Notes under the pieces: model-generated
Databases searched by the model: none
What the model saw: only the letters and a program-made list of their open reading frames with translations
Told to the model about the DNA's origin: nothing
In this document: in pieces, positions 25,892 through 37,690 of the stretch
Numbering within the stretch: the first letter of the stretch is position 1
How the letters are laid out: the number at the start of each line of letters is the position of its first letter
NCBI GenBank assembly: GCA_951406725.2
Contig: OX597817.1
Span: 64,852,001-64,916,000 of the forward strand
Direction of reading: 5' to 3'
From: Octopus vulgaris
Taxonomy: Eukaryota
Length of the DNA stretch: 64,000 nucleotides
Translations under genes and position numbers: made by a program

Positions 25892-28602
25892 GTTGGTGTT
25901 TTTCTTTCAAGACACTTTTTCACAGTCTTTTGTTTAAGTAAATGTAGTTTTGGCAGATTTTACAAATAGAAGAAATGAGAATAATGTCTCATTTCTTCCA
26001 TAATTATCAGAAATCATTACCTCATTACTCTATCTGATGTCATCTCTTTTCATGGATGATTACCCATGGAAAGATTTGTGCAATTTAATGGAAATATTTT
26101 TTTAGTGGGGAGGTTAGATTCTGAAGTAACTAGTGATGGTTTGTATTGACAAGATATGGTTAATGAAATTTGTAAAATGAGATATGCTTGTATGCTGTTA
26201 GAAGAAAAGCAATGCAAAATGCATTGCAAAGCTTTGATTGAAGCCTTTCAAATCTTTTCATGGTACACAAACTTATTTTATAAAACGATTTCTTGCTATG
26301 ATTTTGACAGTTGACATATTAACAGATAGGCTGAAATTCTAATGAAATGGATAGCTGTGACCTTTGTTTTAGAAATATTTTAAAGAGATTTCTGTGAGAT
26401 TCTGTTTGAGTTGGAGGATACCGGTTTTATAGCCATCTTAAATCCTTATAAACTAGAATATTAGGTTTTGGTGATGGAAGTTATATGGTTAATATATTTA
26501 ATTCATATTGCTACATTTATTGGTCAAAACAATGGTAAGTATAGAGATGGTGTTCTGGAGTGTTAAGTTTTAGGAGAAAGGTTTAATTCAAGATCTTAAA
26601 GAGGAATTAGTAAAATCTCAGTAGCAGAATCATTTACTTCCCAGTGAAGATTTGTCTCACACTTTACTTGAGAGATATTATCATCCTGGTTTTATATGTT
26701 GACAATACAATGTTTTAAAACTGAAATCTCAATATAAAAAAGAAAACGAGCATAACTAAGTATACACCAGGATTTAAGAAAAGTATTTTGGTCATAATGA
26801 AAAAGCTAAATCTTCGCAATTTAAGAAATTTTTGTTTGTAGAATATTTCTTTCTCTTCTGTCTGTTATTTATTTTTCATATTTTCTTTCTAACAACACAT
26901 AGGATGTCTGTTAATTCTGTCAAAAATACAGCATTTCTTTTGGTTCTTAAATTCCAATGGCATTAAGCAAATGAGAGCCCTATTGTGAATAGAGCCCCAG
27001 ACTTGCTACCTTTTCTCTATTTAGTTGAACTGAGGCAATTTAGAAACATAAGGAAATTATCATTGTGTATTTAAACACAAAGACTAATAATCATGCTACT
27101 TGTTGGGATACTTTACCTCTACACATAAATGGAGAACATTGTTATAAATTTACAGTTATGGAAGACGTTCTTGAATCTTGAATTGTCACCTTCTGTTTAT
27201 TTTGTTATGACAAATGGTACTCTTGTTATGACAACCATGTTGCACAACACATTTACGTGTGTGTGTGTGTGTGTGTGTTCGTGTGTGTGTTCGCAAAGCT
27301 ATTTGATTTGGGGTAAGATGATTTCCTCTCATTTGATCATAATACCCAGAAGAACTAAAACAAAAATCTGCTGAAAATGCAAGGAATTACTTGCAACAGG
27401 TTTAAACTCAGGAATTAGGACTTTGTCATCCTCTATTTTATTGACTCAGTAGGTTTTTTTACATCACAGTTAATGCTTGGAAATATGTAATAAAAGATGA
27501 CAGTTGATTGCTGGCCTTGATAGATCAGTAGATGACCTATTATAGCCAGTAAGCTAACCAACTAGACTGATCTACAACACAATGTTTAGTTGGTTGAGGT
27601 AGTGTGTTAGTACAACCATGATATCACAATACTCAATGTTTCTTGTTGTCTAGTTAAGGACTACATTAACACACTACTTACTAAAAGTGTACTCTTGGGG
27701 CATTATACATTGTTTTTCTATTTGTATAAAACTGAATTCTGAACAATGGACTTGGCAGAAATTTGGCCTTCAAAGTAAAAACCAAATTGGAACGGGTTAT
27801 CGATTGATTGTAGTTTACTCAATTGGAAAGGACCTGCAAAAATTGTAGGCACACAGCTTTCTTTTTGCTGGTTAGGTTTCAATAGTCTACTGTACTTGTT
27901 TCAATTCCAGTATGTGACAGGTAAAATCAGTACCAGGATTGATGCCAAAAGTGGACATTTTTGGGTAGTGAGCTAACTAAACATGCCTAAGCCAATAAGA
28001 AAAAGTCAGTGTACTGAGGTGCACTCATGCATGTGTGCGTACACATAAATACACTATTTTATGGCTGATTTTCTTCATGCTGGCTTGAGTTAAACAAGTC
28101 TTATTCTGCTGTTTGCTACTGTTCCTGTTGTCACACATTGTTTTTCAAGTAAGGTATTTTTATTTCACTAGTCTTCACACGACAGGACATATTGTTTATT
28201 GGAGGTATAAACAAATGCAACATTGCTGAAAGGCCTGTGGCAACAAACACCTGTACCTGTCTTTATGTATACATGCATGCACGCACACACACACACACAC
28301 AAACACAAAAAAAAGACAGACAGTTTCCATTTATCAAGTTGGATTGAAAGGTATTGATCAGGCCAAAGCTGTCATAGAAAAACATGCTCAAGGTGCCATG
28401 CAGTCGGATAATGGGATCAAACTTGAAACTATATGGCTACAAAGTGATCTTTGCATCCATACAGTACCCATGATTATATTTACATAGACACAGGCACATA
28501 TATAGTGAACAACTTTCTTACTTAGGGAGCTTAATCAGCAGTAATTATAATTTGAAGTCAAGTAAATACACAAAGAAACAGGCAGGGAAAAAAAAAATTT
28601 GA

Positions 28603-28930
28603 GGTGTGACTGTGTGGTAAGAAGTTTGCTTCCCAACCACATCACTCTAGGTTCAGACTCACTGCGGGGCACTTTGGTTAAGTGTCTTCTACTATGACCA
28701 TAGATCAACCAAAGTCTTAAAGTCTTGTTAGTTGATTTGGTAGACAGAGACTGAAAGAAGCCCATTGTATATATGCGTGAGTGTTTGTCTCCCATAATTT
28801 AGTGGCTCAGCAAAAGAGGCTGATAAAATGTGCCAGGCTTAAAGAAAGAAAAAAAAAGGACTGACTAAAAATTTTTCAAGGTGGTGCCCCAGCATAGCTG
28901 CAGTTAAATGACTCAAACAAGTAAAAGACA
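28603..28930 (+). mobile_element. tRNA-type SINE, second family
   Basis: Head gtgactgtgtggtaagaagtttgcttcccaaccaca...ggttca; reverse-strand relatives near 580-718, 28320-28460, 50620-50730, 58380-58535. Confidence 0.7.
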
Positions 28931-29107
28931 AAGGACTAAACATATTACACTGATACAATTAAATTTATTTCCTATTTCTTTTATATTTATATACATTGTT
29001 TCTGCATCTTGGTGTTATTAGTATGTAGTAACAGTTAGTCAGTTCATTGTTAGTTTTTGTTCTAAATCAGGTAGAGAAAGATAGTAAGAGAGAGTGCTTA
29101 AAAGCAA

Positions 29108-29141
<34 letters not shown>

Positions 29142-29146
<5 letters not shown>

Positions 29147-29331
29147 ATCCAAACATGAAAACACCAAGAGAAAACATAACACGAGGACGTGGAACAAATA
29201 TAGTATTATTGGATGCTCAGGAAGGAAGGGAAGAAGGAGGGTTTTACGTTTCGAGCGGAACTCTTCATCAGAAACATAGGAAAAGGAAAGATCCAGAGAA
29301 TGGAAGAAGGAGGAAAAAAAATCGCGAATGG
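29142..29331 (-). mobile_element. Penelope-like pseudo-LTR fragment carrying a minimal hammerhead
   Basis: Short insert between (TA)n and (CA)n microsatellites with a hammerhead; this architecture is typical of PLE terminal repeats. Confidence 0.6.
29241..29275 (-). ncRNA. minimal type I hammerhead ribozyme
   Basis: Minus strand: GUUU CUGAUGA A GAGU UCC GCUC GAAAC GUA AAAC. Loopless palindromic stem III (ACGU), GUA triplet, one extra A after the core. Confidence 0.75.
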
Positions 29332-29362
29332 TACACACACACACACACACACATATCATTCC

Positions 29363-29393
<31 letters not shown>

Positions 29394-30692
29394 TAGAGGG
29401 AGAGAGAGAAGATTAATGTTGGATTTTCTTGATTCATAGTCTTTTATCTGGTAAGGCTAAACCAGTCTGTTGAAGTTTAAAATTTAGGTACTCCAGAAAT
29501 ATTTAGCCTTTTTCTTGATATCAGCTTTGAATATTTGTGTCCTAACAAATTTGTGATCTGGATACACATTCACATGGTGTTCTTTTGAAGGATTATGACA
29601 ACTCACCTATTGGCTCTGTTTGTCAAACTCAACATTGCACATTTTTGAGAACCTTTCCATATAGATGATTAAATTTGAAAGGAAACACTTCCTGCACCAG
29701 TAATTTAGTAACTAAACTCGTTGTTAAAAGTGCATTAGACATGTAAATTGGTCTATCCAGGTTACTTAAGACCCTTAGCCATAGTAGGTCTATAAGAGTT
29801 AAAGAAGGTATAGTTAAATGAAACTAGAGCTGAGTTAGTTTAAAATAGGTAACAATTAAAGTCCCTTATAAGGATTGTGAAAAAGCTCCATTTGTGTAGC
29901 ATGAAACTATGTAATAGATTCATTAAATTTAGTGAAGCTATATCACGGCAATGTAATGGGAGGAAGGTGCAAATGAATGAGAAAGAGAGAGAAACTTTAA
30001 AATAGACAGACTGTTAGAGTGATGGATAATTCCTGCCAGTTAGAGAGAGGGAGAGGGAGGGTGGCAAATAGGAAGCATGTGTGTAAGCACTTTTCAAAGA
30101 AAAGAAAAAAAATGAAAACTTCAGAGTGAAACTGCATTTATGTAATTTTGTATATAATTTGAATAGTTTACACATGCTGAAAGGTAAATAAATATGAATT
30201 TATACATAGAGAAGAAATAATACGTAAAGCATAGAAATATTTTTATACTTTGTTGATGTTAGCAGAAGTAGGTTTTAAGTACTTTGGGAAATATATTAAG
30301 AATTTACTCTGTGTGTGTGTGTGTGTATGTGTGTGTGTGTGTGATCATTTAATGTCCATGTTTCATGCTGGCATGGGTTAGATGACAGGGATCCGGCGAG
30401 TCAAAGGACTGCATTGTCTGTTTTGGCATGGTTTCTAAAGATGGATGCTCTTTTTAACACCAATCATTTTACAGTGTGTACTGGTTGCTTTTTTCATGCA
30501 ATCAACCCTATTGAGCTCACTATGTAGCTTGCAAGTGAACAAACCTAGTGAGGGAGGATGCTGCATCTATGTTAGGTGGGGGTTAAGGTATGAAGGAAGA
30601 GGTTGGGATAGAGCAGTTTCTTGCAGAGAAGCTACATGGGTACTCACATTTAGGAGAGGGTGAGAATGAATTAGCAATAACTCTGAGGCAGT

Positions 30693-30743
<51 letters not shown>

Positions 30744-30753
30744 TGTACATATA

Positions 30754-30921
30754 TGGAGGGAGTGCTGAAAAGTTCCTTCCAAGTTCTGTTAGAAGGGCTT
30801 AGGAAAACTGAAGGACCACTGCAGTAAGTGTGTGAATCTGAGGGGAATATATTAAATAAAATCATGATTAACTGATCTTCCTGTATTTTCTTTTACACAA
30901 AGTCAGGAACTTTTCAGCACA

Positions 30922-30925
<4 letters not shown>
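30754..30925. mobile_element. Tc1/mariner-type MITE (duplicated at about 32388-32558)
   Basis: TIRs gtgctgaaaagttcct / aggaacttttcagcac in TA context. Confidence 0.7.
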
Positions 30926-30963
<38 letters not shown>

Positions 30964-30972
<9 letters not shown>

Positions 30973-31782
30973 TTAATAAGGGTGAGAGAATTAGATACTA
31001 ATTTAATAGTATATCTATTCAACACCAAGTGGCCTAGTGCTCCGAGAAACCTGGATTATTATAATATTTTATAATATATTATAATATTTTTACAAAATAA
31101 ATATAAGAGAGTGGTCACTATATGGCTCACTCTAGCACCAGTTAATCCAAAAGGTTTCAACCACAAAAATACATGTTTCCCATGAAAGTCAGTATGATTG
31201 TTAGCTCACACGGACAGGGCAAATAAAAAATAACAAAAATACAGATTATTTTGGGACAATTGTTTCGCTATTAATGAATTAAATGTAATTTTACTTACAA
31301 AAAAATCCACTTGTAGCTCGTCAGCCAAAACTATCTGGATGAAATCCACTCAATCACACGCCAGATTTTACCATAACGATAAATACGCGTGTGGTTCAAT
31401 TGATTACATCCGACGTTATAATTCAAATGCCCCAACTAACAGCGCGCCAAACTTTCACGGAAAACAAATACAGCATTTAGAAATAAATGCAGCATAATTA
31501 TAATTAATTAATAAGGGTGAGAGAATTAGATGCTAATTTAATAGTATATCTATTCAACACCAAGTGGCCTAGTGCTCCGAGAAACCTGGATTATTATAAT
31601 ATTTTATAATATATTATAATATTTTTACAAAATAAATATAAGAGAGTGGTCACTATATGGCTCACTCTAGCACCAGTTAATCCAAAAGGTTTCAACCACA
31701 AAAATACATGTTTCCCATGAAAGTCAGTACGATTGTTAGCTCACACGGACAGGGCAAATAAAAAATAACAAAAATACAGATT
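30964..31782 (-). mobile_element. Penelope-like pseudo-LTR, one 535-bp unit plus a partial tandem copy
   Basis: 30964-31247 recurs at 31499-31782 (offset 535, few substitutions); abuts (TA)n; contains a hammerhead. No RT or GIY-YIG coding sequence seen. Confidence 0.65.
31249..31330 (-). ncRNA. type I hammerhead ribozyme with palindromic stem III and extended stem II
   Basis: Minus strand: UUUUGG CUGACGA GCUA-(43 nt)-UAGC GAAAC AAUU GUC CCAAAA. Complete catalytic core, 6-bp stem I, GUC cleavage triplet. Confidence 0.88.
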
Positions 31783-32560
31783 TTATTTCTAAATGCTGTA
31801 TATAATTTGAATAGTTTACACATGCTGAAAGGTAAATAAATATGAATTTATACATAGAGAAGAAATAATACGTAAAGCATAGAAATATTTTTATACTTTG
31901 TTGATGTTAGCAGAAGTAGGTTTTAAGTACTTTGGGAAATATATTAAGAATTTACTCTGTGTGTGTGTGTGTGTATGTGTGTGATCATTTAATGTCCATG
32001 TTTCATGCTGGCATGGGTTAGATGACAGGGATCCGGCGAGTCAAAGGACTGCATTGTCTGTTTTGGCATGGTTTCTAAAGATGGATGCTCTTTTTAACAC
32101 CAATCATTTTACAGTGTGTACTGGTTGCTTTTTTCATGCAATCAACCCTATTGAGCTCACTATGTAGCTTGCAAGTGAACAAACCTAGTGAGGGAGGATG
32201 CTGCATCTATGTTAGGTGGGGGTTAAGGTATGAAGGAAGAGGTTGGGATAGAGCTGTTAGTTGGGGCATTTGAATTATAACGTCGGATGTAATCAATTGA
32301 ACCACACGCGTATTTATCGTTATGGTAAAATCTGGCGTGTGATTGAGTGGATTGTGTGTGTGTGTGTGTGTGTACGTGTACATATATGGAGGGAGTGCTG
32401 AAAAGTTCCTTCCAAGTTCTGTTAGAAGGGCTTAGGAAAACTGAAGGACCACTGCAGTAAGTGTGTGAATCTGAGGGGAATATATTAAATAAAATCATGA
32501 TTAACTGATCTTCCTGTATTTTCTTTTACACAAAGTCAGGAACTTTTCAGCACCCTCATA

Positions 32561-32629
<69 letters not shown>

Positions 32630-32634
32630 ATAAA

Positions 32635-33708
32635 CTAGCTGGTGCATCTGGTAATGCCCGGGAGTAAAGATGTTCTATTGAAACGCCTTAGTATTCTAAT
32701 ATGAGAAAGCAATTTCGTTATAACTGCCACAAGAGGTGTGTTTTCTGACACGAAAAAGTACAAAAACTGTCAGCTGGAGGATGGAGAGATTGTTGGAGGT
32801 TGGCGAGAGAGGTTGTTGAGAGAGAAAACTATTGTTTTACTGTGAGAAAAGTGCTGTTGAAGTGTTAAGTGAAATTTGGCAATTGAGGATCGAATCCATG
32901 CTATGCCTGCATGAAGCCACTACAAATACGTTGTGGAAAAAAAAAAAATTATGTACTGTCATGGAGAAAGTGTAACTGTAAAAAATGCAGAAATATCGGA
33001 GTAATGGGCATTCAGAAAAGTATGTATGTATAGAAATGTATGAATGAAGAGATTCAAATTAAAGAAGTGCAATAATAGTGTTTAGCAGTTCAAAACTGTG
33101 AGTAGTGAAATGCAGACTTAGGTTGGCTGAGCATGAGAATCAAATATTGATTGCATTGCTAAAAACTGCAGGTAGTATGGGTTATTTCCCTTGGGTTGTT
33201 TAAATATAGTATTAGTGATATGTAGTAGATAGGAGGATCCATTGGATGGGCCCTATTATCGATTTTTTTAAACAATTGAAATATGTCATGAGGTTTCCAG
33301 ACATGAGTTCTACTCGCGTGTCAAATAAGGTAAAAAAGTGATATTGTCTGCAAAAATTAGAAATTGGACACACAAAAAAATCAATATTCAAAGTAATTGA
33401 ACATAAACAATGAAATGGGTTATTTCCCTTGAGTGCTTTAAAAAAATATTGTGCAGGTGGTATGGGTTATTTCCCTGGGGTTATTAAAAAAAAAAAAGTT
33501 ATATGAGGTAAATATAAAGGTCCCTTCCAGGGGCCGTATTATCAATTTTTTTCAACAATCTAAGTATGTCACAAAATTTCCAGACATAAGTTCTACTCAC
33601 ATGTCAAGTTTCATCAAAATCAATAAAATGATGTAGGAGGAGTTAGATAACAACACCACAAATAAACACACAGATTTTCCACATATGTAGTATATATATA
33701 TATATAGA
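32635..33708 (-). mobile_element. non-autonomous Helitron
   Basis: CTAG|T end with a degenerate subterminal hairpin; TCTATATA-type 5' end; internal repeats of tgggttatttccc. Confidence 0.65.
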
Positions 33709-35834
33709 GAGAGAGAAAGAGGGAGTGTATGTATGCAAATGTATAAATGTATAGGAAAGTGAATTGGCAGTCATTAATATTGGGTAGAATGTCTTGTGGT
33801 ATTTGCTCAAATGCTCTGCACTCAAATCTTACAGAGTTAGTGGTGGATTTGTGGAAGAGTTTGAGGGTTGGTCATGATGTCTTGCAGTCTTTTGTTATGA
33901 ATCTTTGCATGCTGATTCCAACACTCGTGATGACATTGATGCCAAGCTATACTGGTCCAAGTTGGTGGTCCTTTTTTGGGATAAACATCATTGACATGTA
34001 TATGTATAGTGTGTTTGTGTCTAGGTGTGAGTGCATTACCTAAAGTACATTCTAGAGATTGTTATTCATGCAGTGTACATAAATTTGTATGCTTCTCTGC
34101 ATTCATACATCAAGGGATGCAAGTACCTATTGTAATCCTTCAAAAATTGTATTATTTTGAATTATTACTTTGTAATAACATTAAAATTGTTTCACAATAA
34201 ATTATACTAGATTTTATTAATTTTAACTGGTACTGTCTCTTGGATTTGAAATTAGAATTTGGAAAGAATCATAGATGATATATTTTTGTACTTACTAATC
34301 TGAATCCATAAAAAGATGATGAAATGGTCATGATTGTTACAAAAATCATTATTCACAAAAATGCAGGGATTGTATATTGATACAACAGTATGTTCCTATC
34401 TACCTACCTTTTGTGTCATGTAATGAAAGAGTAAGAAATAGTTGGTTATAGTTGTGGCATTGGTATAGATAATGGTGAATAGTGAATGATAGATTGTGAC
34501 AGAAACAGAAAACTTTAAAAGTGAGAAGTTAAGAGTGGAAGTAAATATCTTGAGGAAAAGCAGAAAGTAGATAGTTGGGGTGGTGAAAGTGATATGGAGA
34601 TTGAGAGAGAAGGAAGACTATGAATATGTTGTAAAGATTGTAATATCACTGTTTTCAGTCATCTTATTCTCACATTTATTTGAAATATTTTTTAAGTGTA
34701 ACTTAGTATATAAAATAATGATATGATTAGATGAAAGCATTATGTTCATATAGTGAACTATTACAGAGATCTTCCATATACATATATCTTTTTGTGTGTC
34801 TGTATGTGATGTATGTGTGTGTATATATAATGTCAGTATGTGTGTGCATATGTTAATACATATTTCATGGTTCTCTCTTAGCATCTACTCATGTTAAAGT
34901 TTTTTTAAATAAGCATAGAATTTCCATAGGTACTGCTTGTCAAAATTAGCATATTAGTATGCTTTCAACACATATTTAAAGAACAATGTGAATTGGACTA
35001 TCTTTGTTTTGGTTTTGCAGAATTACTGTCTTGGACTGTAACATAAAGGATACTAACATATGGCAACACAGACAACTCCATATTTAGTCTCTTTGATACA
35101 GCTGCATGTTCTCAATACAGTGTCTCACTAATGGTTAATATAACCAGACTTCTTGATGTCACATTGTCCATACTTGAATCAATATTCTATATAATATGTA
35201 TGTCTGACTGTATAGGTCTTCTTTCTTAGGGGGGAAAATTTTTTTTTTTCCCATTGTAGTGAGAAATTTTAGTTGCTAGGAGTTCAGTGACACAAATACA
35301 AACTCCTAAAACAAAACTGTTTTAAAGTTGTTGCTGTAAGAATTATGACCAGTTATTGAAACAAGCCCCATTAAACTGAAAAATTCATTGTATTTGGGTA
35401 TAATGGAAATTCACCTCCATCTTTTTGTGTGTGTGTGTGCGCGCACACGCACACACATACAGAGGCAGCTAATTCTATATAAATCTTAGATCCAACTCAG
35501 GGATGGTTCCAGGTGTGGCATACGTTTAAAAAAACACAAGTGAGGGTTAAAATTTACTATTATCATCAGGTAAATTTTAAACACGTAAACAGGCAAGGTA
35601 AAACCAGATGATGACCAACTATCATGATGAGCAAGTGATATTTTAAAAAAGAACAAATTTTTAGAGAAAGTGAATTGGTAAATGGATATTCCTAAGAGCA
35701 ACAAAGTCAAAGCAATCCTATTTTTCATGTATGTATGTATATATATATATATGCCAGCAAGGAAGGCGGACGTTAAAAGATGATGATGATGATGATTTAT
35801 ATATATATATATATATATACTACACACATATGAG

Positions 35835-36410
35835 AGGGATGACCACTATATGGACAACCCTAATGCTAGAAGTAGATCCGCTATGGTCTAACCACTAAGA
35901 ATGTTCTCTTGAAAATTTAGCAAACACCAGAAACCTAAGCGAGCAAGACAAATGAAAAGTAACAAAAATATAGATTAATCATAAACAATGTTTCACTATC
36001 AACAAATTACGTAATTTTACTTACACAGTTTGTCTGTAGTTCTTCATTATGATTGTCCATACAAATATAAGTTGCAGAACTACACACCAGACATCTGCAC
36101 GAGGTCGAACATGTATGTAGTTCTACCTATTACACTTGTGGTTATTTTCAAAAGTCCTCGTTTCGGCGCACTAAATTACCAGAAATAATACTGCATAAAA
36201 TAATTCACTGCAGTAGCTTTTGCCGGTTTCAGAACATATTAATTTAAAATTAAAATGTGGGTGACAAATTGGTATTAAATTGGTGTTATCAAATTAACGA
36301 TGATGATGATGATGATGAAATTAATATCCAATTTTTCACCCTCATTTTAATTTTAAATTAATATGTTATCAAACTGGTGTTAACTTGATGTTATCAAATT
36401 AATATCCAAT
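35835..36410 (-). mobile_element. older Penelope-like pseudo-LTR copy with inverted terminal segment
   Basis: Shares cactatatgg, aacaaaaata.agatta and gtaattttacttaca with the 31 kb unit; about 36233-36280 is inverted at about 36318-36367. Confidence 0.55.
35977..36054 (-). ncRNA. degenerate hammerhead ribozyme, relative of 31249-31330
   Basis: Minus strand: AAUCAUA AUGAAGA ACUA-...-UAGU GAAAC AUU GUU UAUGAUU. C3 is changed to A, but stems I and II still pair. Confidence 0.65.
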
Positions 36411-36429
36411 TCATATACATGTTCATACA

Positions 36430-36843
36430 TCTTTCACTTTAAAACAAAACTAACAAACAAAACCAGCTGATCCAGATGACAGTTCTGAGAGTCAAAGCAA
36501 AAGATTGCCCCAAGGGAATACCATTACAAACATTTTTTGGAGTACATTCATCATATCTCAGCTCTAAAGATTTGGCTGCTATTTCTAGTATGCATTGCTA
36601 CCACATAACAGCTATTTCCGATAAAGGACCCAAAATACCTGTTACACGGTAGCAGAGCATGCAAGAAACAGCAACCAAATATTTCCTTTTCCAGGGAAAG
36701 GAACCGTTTACGTGTGAATATGATGTCATGTTCATTAGCATGTGAAATAATCTGGAAAAGACAAAAAAAAATCCCATGAAACAAAACTCCATTGCTGGCA
36801 GACTCAGATTTTCCAGGTGACCCAGTGGGTCACGGGTAGCCTA

Positions 36844-36844
<1 letters not shown>
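36430..36844 (+). mobile_element. probable Helitron (3' end clear, 5' end tentative)
   Basis: GTGACCC agt GGGTCAC hairpin (36817-36833) then CTAG|T at 36841-36844. Confidence 0.55.
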
Positions 36845-36883
<39 letters not shown>

Positions 36884-36965
36884 TTGAATTCGCCTTAAAT
36901 GGTCCCTTTGTATACTGAATACTTGGTGAAATTGATTAATTAATTAATTTTACCCTCAATTGTTG

Positions 36966-37019
<54 letters not shown>

Positions 37020-37594
37020 ACTGTTTTTCATGCTTGAGAGTTTCAATTTTTCTATGTTAAAGGAAATGTCAGCAGCAAGCGAAGCCAGTGGTGTGTATTT
37101 GTTTATGGAGGATCTCAGCTTGCTAAGAAGTGACCGACACCTTTTAGTTTCTGGACTATCCTCTGTGGTACATATTGAATGTGGAAGGCTATATTCAAAT
37201 GAAATTACATCAGACTGCTGCTAATTTGGTTGTAGGTTTGAGTGGTATTTAACCTCTCCATCTGGCATTACCATTTCAAGCATTATTCAGATCAACCACT
37301 GTTGTTCTTTCTGTTTGCTTGCTCCACTCTTGAGACTCTAGAAGTAGAGCTAGTCATGTTTAGTTCCATTCGTTTCTTTGACTTTACTACCATAATTGAC
37401 CGAAAAAGGAGTACTGAACTCTTGATGGTATCACTCACAGTCATTGATCCATGCAAAGTTTCTACTATAGCAAGTAATTACTATCAGGATGGACATGCAT
37501 ACATACACACACTTACGAAAGCAGGAAACGTTCAACAAGAATTATGCTTAGATGCTTGGTCGACTAGGATATGGGCTAGTCACTTGTTTAGTAA

Positions 37595-37690
37595 TCAAAT
37601 TGAGTGTAGCAACGTTATAGTCAACTGTTACAAGGGCAGAGATGTTTTGAGAAGTGGCATTTACAGAGGTATCAAGTTGTTGCAGTGTCA
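37595..37690 (+). mobile_element. short RTE RT fragment
   Basis: Reads SNVIVNCYKGRDVLRSGIYRGIKLL, like the RTE NYRGIKLL region. Confidence 0.55.

Larger units (their letters stand above)
30149..32560. repeat. local duplication: 30149-30925 copied at 31797-32560
   Basis: Near-identical sequence, also visible as duplicated ORFs 30445/32085 and 30671/32223; the second copy contains a 101-bp inverted patch. Confidence 0.92.
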
